From: Terriglobia bacterium
Lineage (GTDB): Bacteria; Acidobacteriota; Polarisedimenticolia; Polarisedimenticolales; JAIQFR01
Length of the DNA: 64,000 bases
Assembly: GCA_020073205.1 (NCBI GenBank)
Contig: JAIQFR010000012.1
Location: forward strand, 747 to 64,746
Reading direction: 5' to 3'
Position numbers and translations under genes: made by a program. This document shows, piece by piece, positions 1-8,642 of the stretch. Below the pieces are notes generated by a model. It searched no databases. It saw nothing but the letters and a program-made list of their open reading frames with translations, and was not told the origin of the DNA. How positions within the stretch are numbered: the stretch's first letter is position 1; each line of letters starts with the position of its first letter.

Positions 1-2
1 GG

Positions 3-938
3 GTCAACACGGTCCTCGCGTCGCTCCCGCTCGAGCCGGGGGACGAGCTGCTCACGACGGACCACGTCTACAACGCGTGCCGGAACGCGCTGGCGTTCGC
101 CGCGGCCCGGGCGGGGGCCGTCGTCGTCATCGCGCCGGTCCCGTTCCCGATCGAGAGCGAGGATGCGGTGCTGGACGCCGTGCTGGCGCGCGTCTCGCCG
201 AGGACGCGCCTCGCCCTCCTGGAACACGTCACCAGCGCGACCGCCCTGATCTTCCCGATCCGGCGGCTCGTGCGGGAGCTGCTTCGCGCCGGGGTCGAGA
301 CGCTGGTGGACGGCGCGCACGCGCCCGGGATGGTCCCGCTCGAGCTCGACGGGCTCGGGGCCGGCTACTACGCGGGAAACGCCCACAAGTGGCTGTGCGC
401 GCCCAGGGGAGCCGCCTTCCTCCACGTGCGGCGCGACCTCAAGGACCGCGTCCATCCCCTGGCGATCAGTCACGGCCACGACTCCGCCCTCAGGGGACGC
501 TCCCGGTTCCGCCTGGAGTTCGACTGGACGGGAACGCGGGACCCGGCACCGTGGCTCGCGATCCCCGAGGCGATCCGCTTCCTCGGCGGCCTCCTCCGCG
601 GCGGGTGGACGGCGGTCATGGCCCGCAACCACGAACTCTGCCTGTCGGCCCGCGACATCGTCTCCGGCGCCTTCGGCGTCGCGCCCGCCTGCCCCGACTC
701 GATGATCGGGTCGATGGCCTCGATCCCGCTGCCTCCACCCCGGCCCGGCTCCGATGCCGAAGCGCTCGACCCCGACGGACTCATGGATCGGTTCTTCGAG
801 CGTCACCGGATCGAGACCTGGCTCTTCCCGCGGCCTTCGGGGGGTGGCCGCCTGATCCGGGTCTCGGCTCAGCTCTACAACGACGTCGCGCAATACCGCC
901 GACTCGCGGAAGCCGTTCGGGCGCTGTGGGGGAAGTGA
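3..938 (+). CDS. PLP-dependent class V aminotransferase / isopenicillin-N-epimerase-like enzyme, 5' end outside window
   Basis: Frame 3 is open from base 3 (VNTVLASLPLEPGDELLTTDHVYNAC...) and continuous with listed ORF 168..938. It contains GNAHKWLCAP, a PLP-lysine context typical of fold-type I class V enzymes. Overlapping ORFs 77..976(+) and 470..784(-) are Arg/Pro-rich shadows. Confidence 0.75.
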   Translation, partial: VNTVLASLPLEPGDELLTTDHVYNACRNALAFAAARAGAVVVIAPVPFPIESEDAVLDAVLARVSPRTRLALLEHVTSATALIFPIRRLVRELLRAGVETLVDGAHAPGMVPLELDGLGAGYYAGNAHKWLCAPRGAAFLHVRRDLKDRVHPLAISHGHDSALRGRSRFRLEFDWTGTRDPAPWLAIPEAIRFLGGLLRGGWTAVMARNHELCLSARDIVSGAFGVAPACPDSMIGSMASIPLPPPRPGSDAEALDPDGLMDRFFERHRIETWLFPRPSGGGRLIRVSAQLYNDVAQYRRLAEAVRALWGK

Positions 939-939
939 G

Positions 940-2478
940 GTGCGGCTCCGACCGCGCGGCCGGGAAGCGTGGGTGACCGGGCTCTTCTGGTTCGCCGTCG
1001 CGGCGTGCCTCCGCCTACACCTGATGTGGCCCGGCGACGCGCCTTTCATCAACGACGAGCCCGCGTTGCTGCACGCCGCGCTGGACGCCGATCGCACCGA
1101 CCGCCTCGCGACCGAGGGGGCGCTCGGCACGGTCGGTGTGCGCTACGGGCCGCTGCCGACCTGGCTCTACCAGATCGCGCTGATGGCGACCCACGACGTG
1201 GTCGCGATCGTGCTCCTGAAGTCCCTGCTGTCCTTCGTGGCCACCCTGGCAGGCGTCCTGCTCATCTGCCGCTGGGTCGGCGCGAGCCGGTGGCTCGCGC
1301 TGACCGTCGCGGTCTCGCCCTTTCTCTGGCTCTACGATCGCATGCTGTGGGATCTCGTCTTCCAGATCCCGGTTTCGGTTTGGGCCGTGGCGGCCTATCT
1401 CGGGTTCGGCCGCCGGCGCTCCGGCTGGCGGCTGCTTGCGGTCGTGCTGCCGCTGGCGGCACTGGCAGGGATCCACCTCATGAGCCTGCCGACGCTGGCC
1501 GGCTTCTCGCTCTGCTTGCTCTGGCTCGACGGCCGCTGGCTGCTCCGCGAGTGGCGCCGGGCTCTGCCCGCCGTCGTGGCGGGAGCGGTCCTGTGCGTTC
1601 CCTACGCGTGGTACGTCGTGCACGTCGTCCAGTTCGGACGGGGAGAGCACACGTCCCTCGGATCGGCGCTCGGGGCCGGTTTGACGAGCGGCGGGATCTT
1701 CTCCTTCCTGGGATTCCACGAGTACTACGATCCGACTCTCTCGGCGAATGCGGGGCTGCTGAACGGCTCCACGCGCGAAGCTCTCGCGCTCGTCTCGGGG
1801 TCGGCGATCGCTGCGGTCCTCGCGGGCATCGCGATCGCCGGGTGGCTGCTTCTGCGCCGACGAAGCGCGTCCCGCGACGAGGCGGACGGCGCTCGCCGGG
1901 CCGCGGCGCTCGGGCTGTCGATCTTCGGTTTCGCGCTCCTGATGTTCGTGGTGCTGCGCCGGCAGCTCCACCCGCACTTCTATGCCGGCAGCGCCTGCGG
2001 AGTGCTACTGCTGCTGCTGCTGTGCGGACGTGCCGTCTGGAAGTTCCTGATCGCGCGGATCGTCTTCGGTCTTTACCTCGCCGTCATGACCGTGCTGCTG
2101 CTCGACCTCTCGCTTGCGCTGCACCGCAACGGCGGCGACTTGTCGCCCACGTACGGGCCCACCATCGGAAACCAGGTCGAGGTGGCCGGCCAGGCGGTCC
2201 GGATGGTCCGGGGCGGCGCGCGGACGGTGGTGCTGACCGGGCCCTACAGCATGTTCCCGTGGGCCTTCACGACGCTCTTCCGCCTGGATTCCGCTTGGAA
2301 TGGCGCGCCGCTCGTCTACCGGAGCGAGCTGGGAGCGGGCTACGTCAGGCTGACGCTCGACGGCGGCGCGATGGGTCTCGGCCCGGCAAACGACGCGGGG
2401 GAGATCCTGGTGGGTATGCTTCCCGGTCCGCCGGTGAGGCTGGCCGCGGTGAGCCGCCCGCCGCGCCCGCGCTCCTGA
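940..2478 (+). CDS. Polytopic membrane protein, GT-C-fold glycosyltransferase-like (ArnT/PMT-like)
   Basis: GTG start lies 1 nt after the upstream stop. The 512-aa product is dominated by hydrophobic helices, with an early INDEP acidic loop motif as in GT-C transferases. Competing ORFs 969..2543(+) and 1015..1977(-) are Arg/Pro/Gly-rich. Confidence 0.6.
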   Translation: MRLRPRGREAWVTGLFWFAVAACLRLHLMWPGDAPFINDEPALLHAALDADRTDRLATEGALGTVGVRYGPLPTWLYQIALMATHDVVAIVLLKSLLSFVATLAGVLLICRWVGASRWLALTVAVSPFLWLYDRMLWDLVFQIPVSVWAVAAYLGFGRRRSGWRLLAVVLPLAALAGIHLMSLPTLAGFSLCLLWLDGRWLLREWRRALPAVVAGAVLCVPYAWYVVHVVQFGRGEHTSLGSALGAGLTSGGIFSFLGFHEYYDPTLSANAGLLNGSTREALALVSGSAIAAVLAGIAIAGWLLLRRRSASRDEADGARRAAALGLSIFGFALLMFVVLRRQLHPHFYAGSACGVLLLLLLCGRAVWKFLIARIVFGLYLAVMTVLLLDLSLALHRNGGDLSPTYGPTIGNQVEVAGQAVRMVRGGARTVVLTGPYSMFPWAFTTLFRLDSAWNGAPLVYRSELGAGYVRLTLDGGAMGLGPANDAGEILVGMLPGPPVRLAAVSRPPRPRS

Positions 2479-2684
2479 GCGCTCGCGGTCGAGCGCGGTG
2501 CTTTCCGGATCACGGTATCGAAACGCGGGGTGCGAGTCCGTGACGGCCGGGCGGACCGAATGCCGGGCCGAGGCGAGATCTCGCGGTGCGCGATCCCGGC
2601 ATGGACCTTGCGCGTCACCGCCGTGGGCGCGCGCCGTCGGTCCGTCGAGGAGGCGGATCCCGGCCGGCGCAGGGCGGGGGCACG

Positions 2685-3371
2685 ATGCACGGCGCTTGCG
2701 AGTCTTGCGGCATCCTTCACGAGTCGTCGTCGGAATGTCCCGGTGACGCCCCGGCGGCGGGTCCGGAGAGGCCGGGCGCGAGGATGCGGGTCAGGACGGC
2801 GCGAGGGACCGAAGACGTCGGGGTCCTGATCGCCCGAACCCGAGGACGGTGGCGCGCCCGAATCGTGACCTACCCGAACGTGCTGTGGACGGCGCCGGGA
2901 GGGCGGACGACCCTGAAGTTCGTCTCGGACACCGCTGAGGAGGCCGAGAGGCAGGCGGTCGCTTTCATCCAGGGCCATTGCGCGCGGCGGCCGTCGGCCG
3001 CCCGGGGGATGCTGGTGCAGGTCGCGACGGCGGCCGAGCGATTCGAGTTCCCTGCGAAGCCGTCCTCCTCGAACCTGGCCGGAAAGCGGTGGCGAGTCGC
3101 CCTCCCGGTCCGGTACGGCGAGCTGCGCGCTTCGGATCTCGGCGCGACCGCGAACGTGTCGGCGGAGGGGATGTTCATCGCGGCCGCGTCGCCGAGCGAG
3201 GCGGGGTCGCCCCTCAGGATCCTCGTCGAGGTCCGCGGATGCACGATGCATCTCCGCGGCCTCGTGATGTGGAGCCGCCGCCGGCCCGAAGGGCGCCGCC
3301 CCGCCGGCATGGGGATTCGCCTCCTCCTCCCTCCGGCCCCCTGGGCGAGCTTCGTCGAGTCGATCTCCTGA
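2685..3371 (+). CDS. PilZ domain protein (c-di-GMP receptor candidate) with N-terminal Cys cluster
   Basis: ATG at 2685 was chosen inside listed ORF 2586..3371. The C-terminal KRWRV (RxxxR) followed by NVSAEGMFI (D/NxSxxG) is the PilZ signature. The N-terminus carries CESCG...SSSEC. Confidence 0.7.
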   Translation: MHGACESCGILHESSSECPGDAPAAGPERPGARMRVRTARGTEDVGVLIARTRGRWRARIVTYPNVLWTAPGGRTTLKFVSDTAEEAERQAVAFIQGHCARRPSAARGMLVQVATAAERFEFPAKPSSSNLAGKRWRVALPVRYGELRASDLGATANVSAEGMFIAAASPSEAGSPLRILVEVRGCTMHLRGLVMWSRRRPEGRRPAGMGIRLLLPPAPWASFVESIS

Positions 3372-3383
3372 GCGGGCCCACGG

Positions 3384-3911
3384 CTATCGGCCGCCCCGGC
3401 CCGCCACGAACCGCTCCTCGGCCCAGGCCGCGAGCACCTCGCCGAAGAACAGCCGGTGGTAGTCGTGCTGCGGGTACAGTTCCTCGATCTCCGGGTCCAG
3501 GAATCGTGACGGGTCCACGTCGACGGTGGACAGGACCCGGCACTCGAGCGACAGCTCGGCGCCCTCCACGCGAGGGACCGCGACGCGCTCGGACGGGACC
3601 TTCTCGATCCCGGCCAGGCGCCACTTGTCGAGGTCGCGCCCGGATCGCGTCCCGCACACGTCCATCGCCTCGCGCCGGGACTCCGGGAGGAAGTTCAAGG
3701 TGAACTCGGGATGCGCGTCGAGGAGCGAGAACGTGTGGCGCGTCGGCCGGACGTAGACGGTGACGACCGGGCGCTGCCAAAGGGTGCCGAGCCCGCCCCA
3801 CGAGACCGTCATCGGGTTCGGGCGTTCCCTGCCCGCGACGAGAAGCGCCCACTCGAGGTCCAGCAGCTCGAACGGCCGGACGGCCAGGCTGGTCGGATCC
3901 ACCTTCTTCAC
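3384..3911 (-). CDS. Flavin reductase-like FMN-binding split-barrel protein (flavoredoxin family)
   Basis: The 175-aa ORF has normal amino-acid composition. NPMTVSWGGLG and overall length match the flavin reductase-like domain family. The opposite-strand ORFs are low-complexity. Confidence 0.7.
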   Translation of the reverse strand: MKKVDPTSLAVRPFELLDLEWALLVAGRERPNPMTVSWGGLGTLWQRPVVTVYVRPTRHTFSLLDAHPEFTLNFLPESRREAMDVCGTRSGRDLDKWRLAGIEKVPSERVAVPRVEGAELSLECRVLSTVDVDPSRFLDPEIEELYPQHDYHRLFFGEVLAAWAEERFVAGRGGR

Positions 3912-3985
3912 GTTCTCCTCCCCCGGAGCATTCTCCGTTGTCGAGGAGCTATATTAGCCGCGTCACGAGGGGAATGAGGAGGATC

Positions 3986-5338
3986 ATGCGAACTCCGCTG
4001 TGGAAGCTCCTGGGACTCGCGGCCTTCGTCGGGCTGATGGTGTTTTGCGGCGCGTGCGTGGTGGCGGTCCGCGAAGGGCCCGCGAGGCGGGTCGACATGC
4101 CGCCTCCGCCTCCACCTCCGCCCCCCGCCGTTCCGGACGCGGCGGCCGACGACGACTTCGGGGCGTTCTACGACGGCCTGGCGCCGTACGGCGAGTGGTT
4201 CTGGCAGGATCCCTACGGCTGGGTCTGGGATCCCTCGACGGTCGACCCGGCCTGGCGCCCCTACACGGTGGGACACTGGATCTACACCGACGACGGGTGG
4301 TTCTGGAAGTCCGACGAGCCGTGGGGGTGGGCGACCTGCCACTACGGCCGCTGGTTCTTCGATTCGGATCGCGGATGGGTCTGGGTGCCCGGCCACGAGT
4401 GGGCGCCGGCGTGGGTCGCGTGGCGCCACGGCGACAGCTGGGTCGGCTGGGCGCCGCTTCCTCCCCGGGCCGTCTTCAGGGCGGGGATCGGCCTCGATCT
4501 GGGCGGCGTCGATCTGGACGTGATCATCCAGCCGTTCTGGTGGGGGTTCGTCGAGGAGCGCGACATCCTCGACCCGAGGATCGGCGTGAGGATCGCACCG
4601 GTCGCCCGCAACGTCACGCTGGCGCGGGTCACGCGAAATGAAACCAACTACGCCGTCGTCCGGAATCGTGTCGTGGTCCGGGGCATCGACGTGGCGGAGA
4701 TCGAGCGGGAGAGCCACCGCCGCGTCGCCCCGGTCAAGATCGTCGACGAGGGCGCCCCCGGGAAGGATCGCCACTCGAAGTGGGTCGGCCAGGATCTCCA
4801 CGTGTTCCGCCCGGCCATGAAGGATCCCCCGCCGTCCCGCGCGCCGCGCGGAGCCGTCCGGAACGAGGGCGGCTCGCCCGGGCGCGCGGCGCCCGACCTC
4901 GCGGTAGGGACGCCGCAGACGCCCCCGCGGCGCCCCGAAGAGCCGCAGCGCGAGCAGCGGGCCGCGCGCCCGGGTCCACCGCCCCGCGCCGCGGCCGAGA
5001 CCCCGGCCGCCGTTCCCGAGCAGGTGCTACGCCGCCAGCAGGCGGAGGCTCGCGAGTTGGAGCGCCGCCACGCGGCGGAGCGTTCGGCGCTCGGGCGCCG
5101 GCATCAGACGGAGGCCAAGAGCGCCCCGGCGAGTGCCCCCCCCGAGGAGCTGAAGAAGCGCCAGGACGACGAGCGGCGCGCGATGGACGAGCAGACGAAG
5201 CGCGAGAAGCTCCTGCTCGAGAAGCGGCAGGAGCGCGAGCGCAAGGAGAAGGCCGCGGAGAGCAAGAACAAGCCGGCCGACGAGAAGAAGCCGAAGACCG
5301 GTGAGAAGAAGGCGCCGGAGGACCGGAAGGGAAGCTGA
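3986..5338 (+). CDS. Membrane-anchored Trp-rich repeat protein (WxxGxW / YxWGxW-like repeats) with Pro-rich linker and Lys/Glu/Arg-rich tail
   Basis: GAGGAGG lies just upstream of ATG 3986 (MRTPLWKLLGLAAFVGLMVF = TM anchor). ATG 3974 and the listed start 3938 are alternatives. Repeats include YGWVWDP, GHWIYTDDGWFW, PWGWATCHYGRWFF and GWVWVPGHEWAPAWVAW. Confidence 0.7.
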   Translation: MRTPLWKLLGLAAFVGLMVFCGACVVAVREGPARRVDMPPPPPPPPPAVPDAAADDDFGAFYDGLAPYGEWFWQDPYGWVWDPSTVDPAWRPYTVGHWIYTDDGWFWKSDEPWGWATCHYGRWFFDSDRGWVWVPGHEWAPAWVAWRHGDSWVGWAPLPPRAVFRAGIGLDLGGVDLDVIIQPFWWGFVEERDILDPRIGVRIAPVARNVTLARVTRNETNYAVVRNRVVVRGIDVAEIERESHRRVAPVKIVDEGAPGKDRHSKWVGQDLHVFRPAMKDPPPSRAPRGAVRNEGGSPGRAAPDLAVGTPQTPPRRPEEPQREQRAARPGPPPRAAAETPAAVPEQVLRRQQAEARELERRHAAERSALGRRHQTEAKSAPASAPPEELKKRQDDERRAMDEQTKREKLLLEKRQERERKEKAAESKNKPADEKKPKTGEKKAPEDRKGS

Positions 5339-5343
5339 CCGGG

Positions 5344-5994
5344 TCAGGGTGGGGTCGGCTCGGACGGGACCCGCCGCGCGGCGGAGATCAGCGTGGTGGC
5401 GGCGACGGCGGCGGCGAGGCAGCCCGCCATCCCGTACAGGCCGGCGCCGGGCTGCATCTCGAAGCGGGCGACGAGACCGCTCGCGGCGCGGTCCCGGAGG
5501 CTGTCGAGCGGGTGGAAGCCGTGGCGCCCTCCGGGGTCCGCGAACATCCCGTGCACTTGCCAGTTGATCAGCGAGATGTGGACGAGCGCCGCGAGGGCGA
5601 GGACCGCTCCCGCGGCCGAGAGCGCTCGCGCGCCGCGAGCCCCCCGGATCGCGAGGAGCGGCACGACCGCCGCGCAGGCGGTGGATCCGAGGAGCCAGAG
5701 CGCGAGGAGCCAGGTGAGGCGCACGGCGGGCGGCGTCCGGCGGGCCATCGGGCTCTCGGCGACCTTCTCCGCGGCCGCCTCCTGATCCCCGGCGTCGTCG
5801 GTCGCGGTCTCGGCCTCCGTGCGGAGGTCCCGGACCACTCGGGTCGCCTCGGTCACCAGGTCCGGGCCGCGCACGGTCCGGTCGTGCTTGATGGGAACCT
5901 GCAACCGGAAGAGCGGCAGGAAGAAAAAGGCCACCGCGGCGCACGCCAGGACCGACAGGACCGCCCGCTCCACCGCGCGCTTCGGCTCCGTCAT
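5344..5994 (-). CDS. Hypothetical integral membrane protein
   Basis: The 216-aa ORF has several hydrophobic segments (VLSVLACAAVAFFFLPLF, LTWLLALWLLGSTACAAVVPLLAI, AGAVLALAALVHISLI). No family was recognised. Confidence 0.55.
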   Translation of the reverse strand: MTEPKRAVERAVLSVLACAAVAFFFLPLFRLQVPIKHDRTVRGPDLVTEATRVVRDLRTEAETATDDAGDQEAAAEKVAESPMARRTPPAVRLTWLLALWLLGSTACAAVVPLLAIRGARGARALSAAGAVLALAALVHISLINWQVHGMFADPGGRHGFHPLDSLRDRAASGLVARFEMQPGAGLYGMAGCLAAAVAATTLISAARRVPSEPTPP

Positions 5995-6119
5995 CTCAAT
6001 CTCGTCTCCGAGCGAGCTTCATCGGTGCAGTCTATCCCTCGCCTCGGCGGATCGACAAGACGAAAGGGCCTGGCTGCGGTGGGGACACCGCGACACCGCT
6101 TCGGCTTCGAGAGGCGGCG

Positions 6120-6731
6120 TCACCTCGGACGCGCGGCGAAGGGGCGGTGCCAGCCGATCTCGGGCTGGTCGCGGTACGGGCCGAGGTCGTGGAACGCGAA
6201 GAGCCGGGGGTTCGCCGAGTGGAGGAACCCCCAGCCGAGCCCGTTGATGCAGCAGGGGTCGAGCCGCGTCCCGTACGCGGCGAAGTGGTCGCGACCGTAA
6301 CCGAGCGTGCGGTTGTACCCCGTGCGGTGGACCGGCCCCCGTTCGCGGCCGAGGAAATAGGGGTGGACGTGACTTCCGCAGAGCAGGAGCGCCGCGCCGC
6401 CCGCGTCGGGGAACGCCGGCCCCTCGGTGCGGTACCGCGGAACGAATACGTCGCCGCGGCGGGCGTCGTGCAGGATCCAGCCGGTGTGCCCGGCGAGGAA
6501 GTGGTCGACGAAGAAGTTCTCGCCGTGCGCGAGGCAGTAGATCCGCTCGCAGTCGTTGTACCGGTTCCCCGGGCCGGTCGCAGGCGTCCCGCCGCGTGCG
6601 CTCACCGGGTACGGCGACGGCTGGGCCCCGACGACGGGCGATGCGGCGCGCCGGACCACGGGCTCCTTGCCGCCGCAGCAGCCGGCCGCGGCGGCGACGA
6701 GGCAGAGGGACGCCATCGCCGCTCGCCTCAT
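6120..6731 (-). CDS. Putative lipoprotein, His/Cys-rich, unknown function
   Basis: Listed ORF 6120..7307 was trimmed to the internal ATG at 6731 (MRRAAMASLCLVAAAAGCCGG = lipobox-like signal). This ATG overlaps the upstream gene's TGA (ATGA). The N-terminal extension in the track is Arg-rich junk. Confidence 0.65.
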   Translation of the reverse strand: MRRAAMASLCLVAAAAGCCGGKEPVVRRAASPVVGAQPSPYPVSARGGTPATGPGNRYNDCERIYCLAHGENFFVDHFLAGHTGWILHDARRGDVFVPRYRTEGPAFPDAGGAALLLCGSHVHPYFLGRERGPVHRTGYNRTLGYGRDHFAAYGTRLDPCCINGLGWGFLHSANPRLFAFHDLGPYRDQPEIGWHRPFAARPR

Positions 6732-7426
6732 CGCAGAATCCTCGCGCCGAGGTGCCACGCAGCCTGGACCAGCCAGACGAGACCGACGAGGCGGAACAAC
6801 CAGAGCGTGGCCCAAGTCCCGATCAGCGCCTGGACGTGGACGGGGAACGGGGAGCTGGCGCCGCCCGGGCGCGGCACCCCGCGCCAAGGGGCGAGCCAGC
6901 CGAGCGGGAGCACCGTGAGACTCACGCCGAGCTTGAACAGCGCGGCGGCGTCGGCGCCGGTCACGGGACCGAGGCGTCCCGTCCCCGCGAACAGCATCGC
7001 CGGCAGGTAGAGCGCGAGGGTGCCGAGGATCCCGGCGCGGAGGAGCCACGTCCGCCGGTCGGCCCAACCGAGGACCCGATCGAGACGCTCGCGGTGCCCG
7101 CCGGTGCAGGCGCGCCACGGGCCGCTCCCGATCGGTTCGGCGACGTCGAATCCCGGACCTCCCGACGCGCCGCCGCCGCACCAGAGGCATCTCCGGGCCG
7201 CGCGACGCAGCGCGAACGGGCGCGCGTAGAGCCGGTGCGTGACCATCAGCGCGACTCCCAGAACGAGCGACCCCGCCGCCCCGATCGGCGTCCGCGTGAA
7301 CAGCCACAGGACCGCCGGGACCGGCAGGAAGAGCAGCGCTCCAAAGACGCGGTCGGCCACGGGGGATATGTAGGCCGCCGCGGTCTCCGGCGCAAGGGGC
7401 GGGGCGCCCCGAGCGCGTCTTGCCAA
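6728..7426 (-). CDS. Hypothetical polytopic membrane protein with CxxC/CxxxH loop
   Basis: The 232-aa ORF has TM-like segments (FGALLFLPVPAVLWLF, GSLVLGVALMV, ILGTLALYLPAMLFA, TLWLFRLVGLVWLV) and a loop with CLWCGGG...ACTGGH. Its stop overlaps the start of the downstream lipoprotein gene. Confidence 0.6.
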   Translation of the reverse strand: MARRARGAPPLAPETAAAYISPVADRVFGALLFLPVPAVLWLFTRTPIGAAGSLVLGVALMVTHRLYARPFALRRAARRCLWCGGGASGGPGFDVAEPIGSGPWRACTGGHRERLDRVLGWADRRTWLLRAGILGTLALYLPAMLFAGTGRLGPVTGADAAALFKLGVSLTVLPLGWLAPWRGVPRPGGASSPFPVHVQALIGTWATLWLFRLVGLVWLVQAAWHLGARILR

Positions 7427-7455
7427 CTCGCCGAGAGGCCGCTTAGCATCGACGC

Positions 7456-8619
7456 ATGCGAAAACTCCACTTCGTCCTCACCATGGCCGCCACCCTCGTC
7501 CCGTCCGCCGCCCGGCATGCCATCGCGGCCGCGCCCGGGGCTCCGGTGCCCGCCGCCGCTCCGGCCGCGCCGGCCGAGGCGGAGGTGGGCCTCTCCTCGG
7601 CCGACGCGGGGCGCTTCGCCAAGCTCGCCCTGGACTGCGTCGGCAAGGAGTACCCGAACAAGATCGCGCACGTGATGAACGGGGACGGGGACGTCAAGCC
7701 GCCGCGCGAGCTGACCCCGGCGTTCTGCGGCTGCTTCGACTGGCACTCGGCCGTGCACGGGCACTGGCTCCTCGCGCGTCTCGCCAGGACGTTTCCGGAC
7801 GCCCCGTTCGCTCCGGCATCCCGCTCGGCCCTCGCCCGGAGCCTGACGCCCGTGAAGATCGCCGCCGAGGTCGTCTACCTCGAGGGAAACGGGCGCGGGA
7901 CGTTCGAGCGCCCGTACGGCCTGGCGTGGCTCCTCGAGCTGGCCGCCGAGCTACGGGAGTGGAACGACCCGGAGGCGAAGACCTGGTCCCTGAACCTCGC
8001 GCCGCTGGAGCGGGCGGCTTGGAAGCGCCTCGCCGAGTGGCTTCCGAAGCTGTCCCGTCCGATCCGCGTCGGCGAGCACGACCAGACCGCGTTCGCGCTC
8101 GGCCTGGCCCTCGACTGGGCGCGAGGCGCCGGGGACCGCGAGGCCGCGGCGTTGGTCGAGGCGCGCATCCGCGACTACTACCTCCGCGACCGGGACTGCC
8201 CGATCGGCTACGAGCCGTCAGGACAGGACTTCCTCTCCCCCTGCCTCGCCGAGGCGGACGTCGTGCGGCGGGTCCTCCCTCCCCCGCGCTACTCGGATTG
8301 GCTCAGGAGCTTCCTGCCGAAGATCCCCACGGTCGCGTCGTCGCGATGGCTGGCCCCCGCGGTCGTCACGGACCCGTCGGACGGAAAGCTCGCCCACCTC
8401 GACGGGCTCAACCTGAGCCGCGCTTGGATGCTCGAGGGGATCGTCGCGGGACTCCCCTCGGCCGACAAGCGGATTCCCGCGCTCAGGGCCGCGGCGGCCG
8501 CGCACCGGGATTCCGGCCTCAGGTCGGTGACCGGCGAGCACTACGAGGGCGGGCACTGGCTCGGTACATTCGCGGTGTACCTGGTGACGGAGAGAGGCCT
8601 CACGGCCGGGGGGACGTAG
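7456..8619 (+). CDS. DUF2891-family protein (secreted)
   Basis: N-terminal signal-like segment. Motifs EYPNKIAHV and CFDWHSAVHGHW, plus overall length, match my recollection of the DUF2891 family. Confidence 0.75.
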   Translation: MRKLHFVLTMAATLVPSAARHAIAAAPGAPVPAAAPAAPAEAEVGLSSADAGRFAKLALDCVGKEYPNKIAHVMNGDGDVKPPRELTPAFCGCFDWHSAVHGHWLLARLARTFPDAPFAPASRSALARSLTPVKIAAEVVYLEGNGRGTFERPYGLAWLLELAAELREWNDPEAKTWSLNLAPLERAAWKRLAEWLPKLSRPIRVGEHDQTAFALGLALDWARGAGDREAAALVEARIRDYYLRDRDCPIGYEPSGQDFLSPCLAEADVVRRVLPPPRYSDWLRSFLPKIPTVASSRWLAPAVVTDPSDGKLAHLDGLNLSRAWMLEGIVAGLPSADKRIPALRAAAAAHRDSGLRSVTGEHYEGGHWLGTFAVYLVTERGLTAGGT

Positions 8620-8642
8620 AGCATCGGTCGGGAGAGGGTCGC

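Noticed and set aside
6076-6091. Short hairpin GCGGTG-GGGA-CACCGC downstream of the lipoprotein gene, and similar 5-6-bp stems after other genes (27963..27977, 52743..52757, 54878..54892)
   Set aside because: Stems of this length are expected by chance in DNA this GC-rich, and none has a U-tract. They are not reported as terminators.
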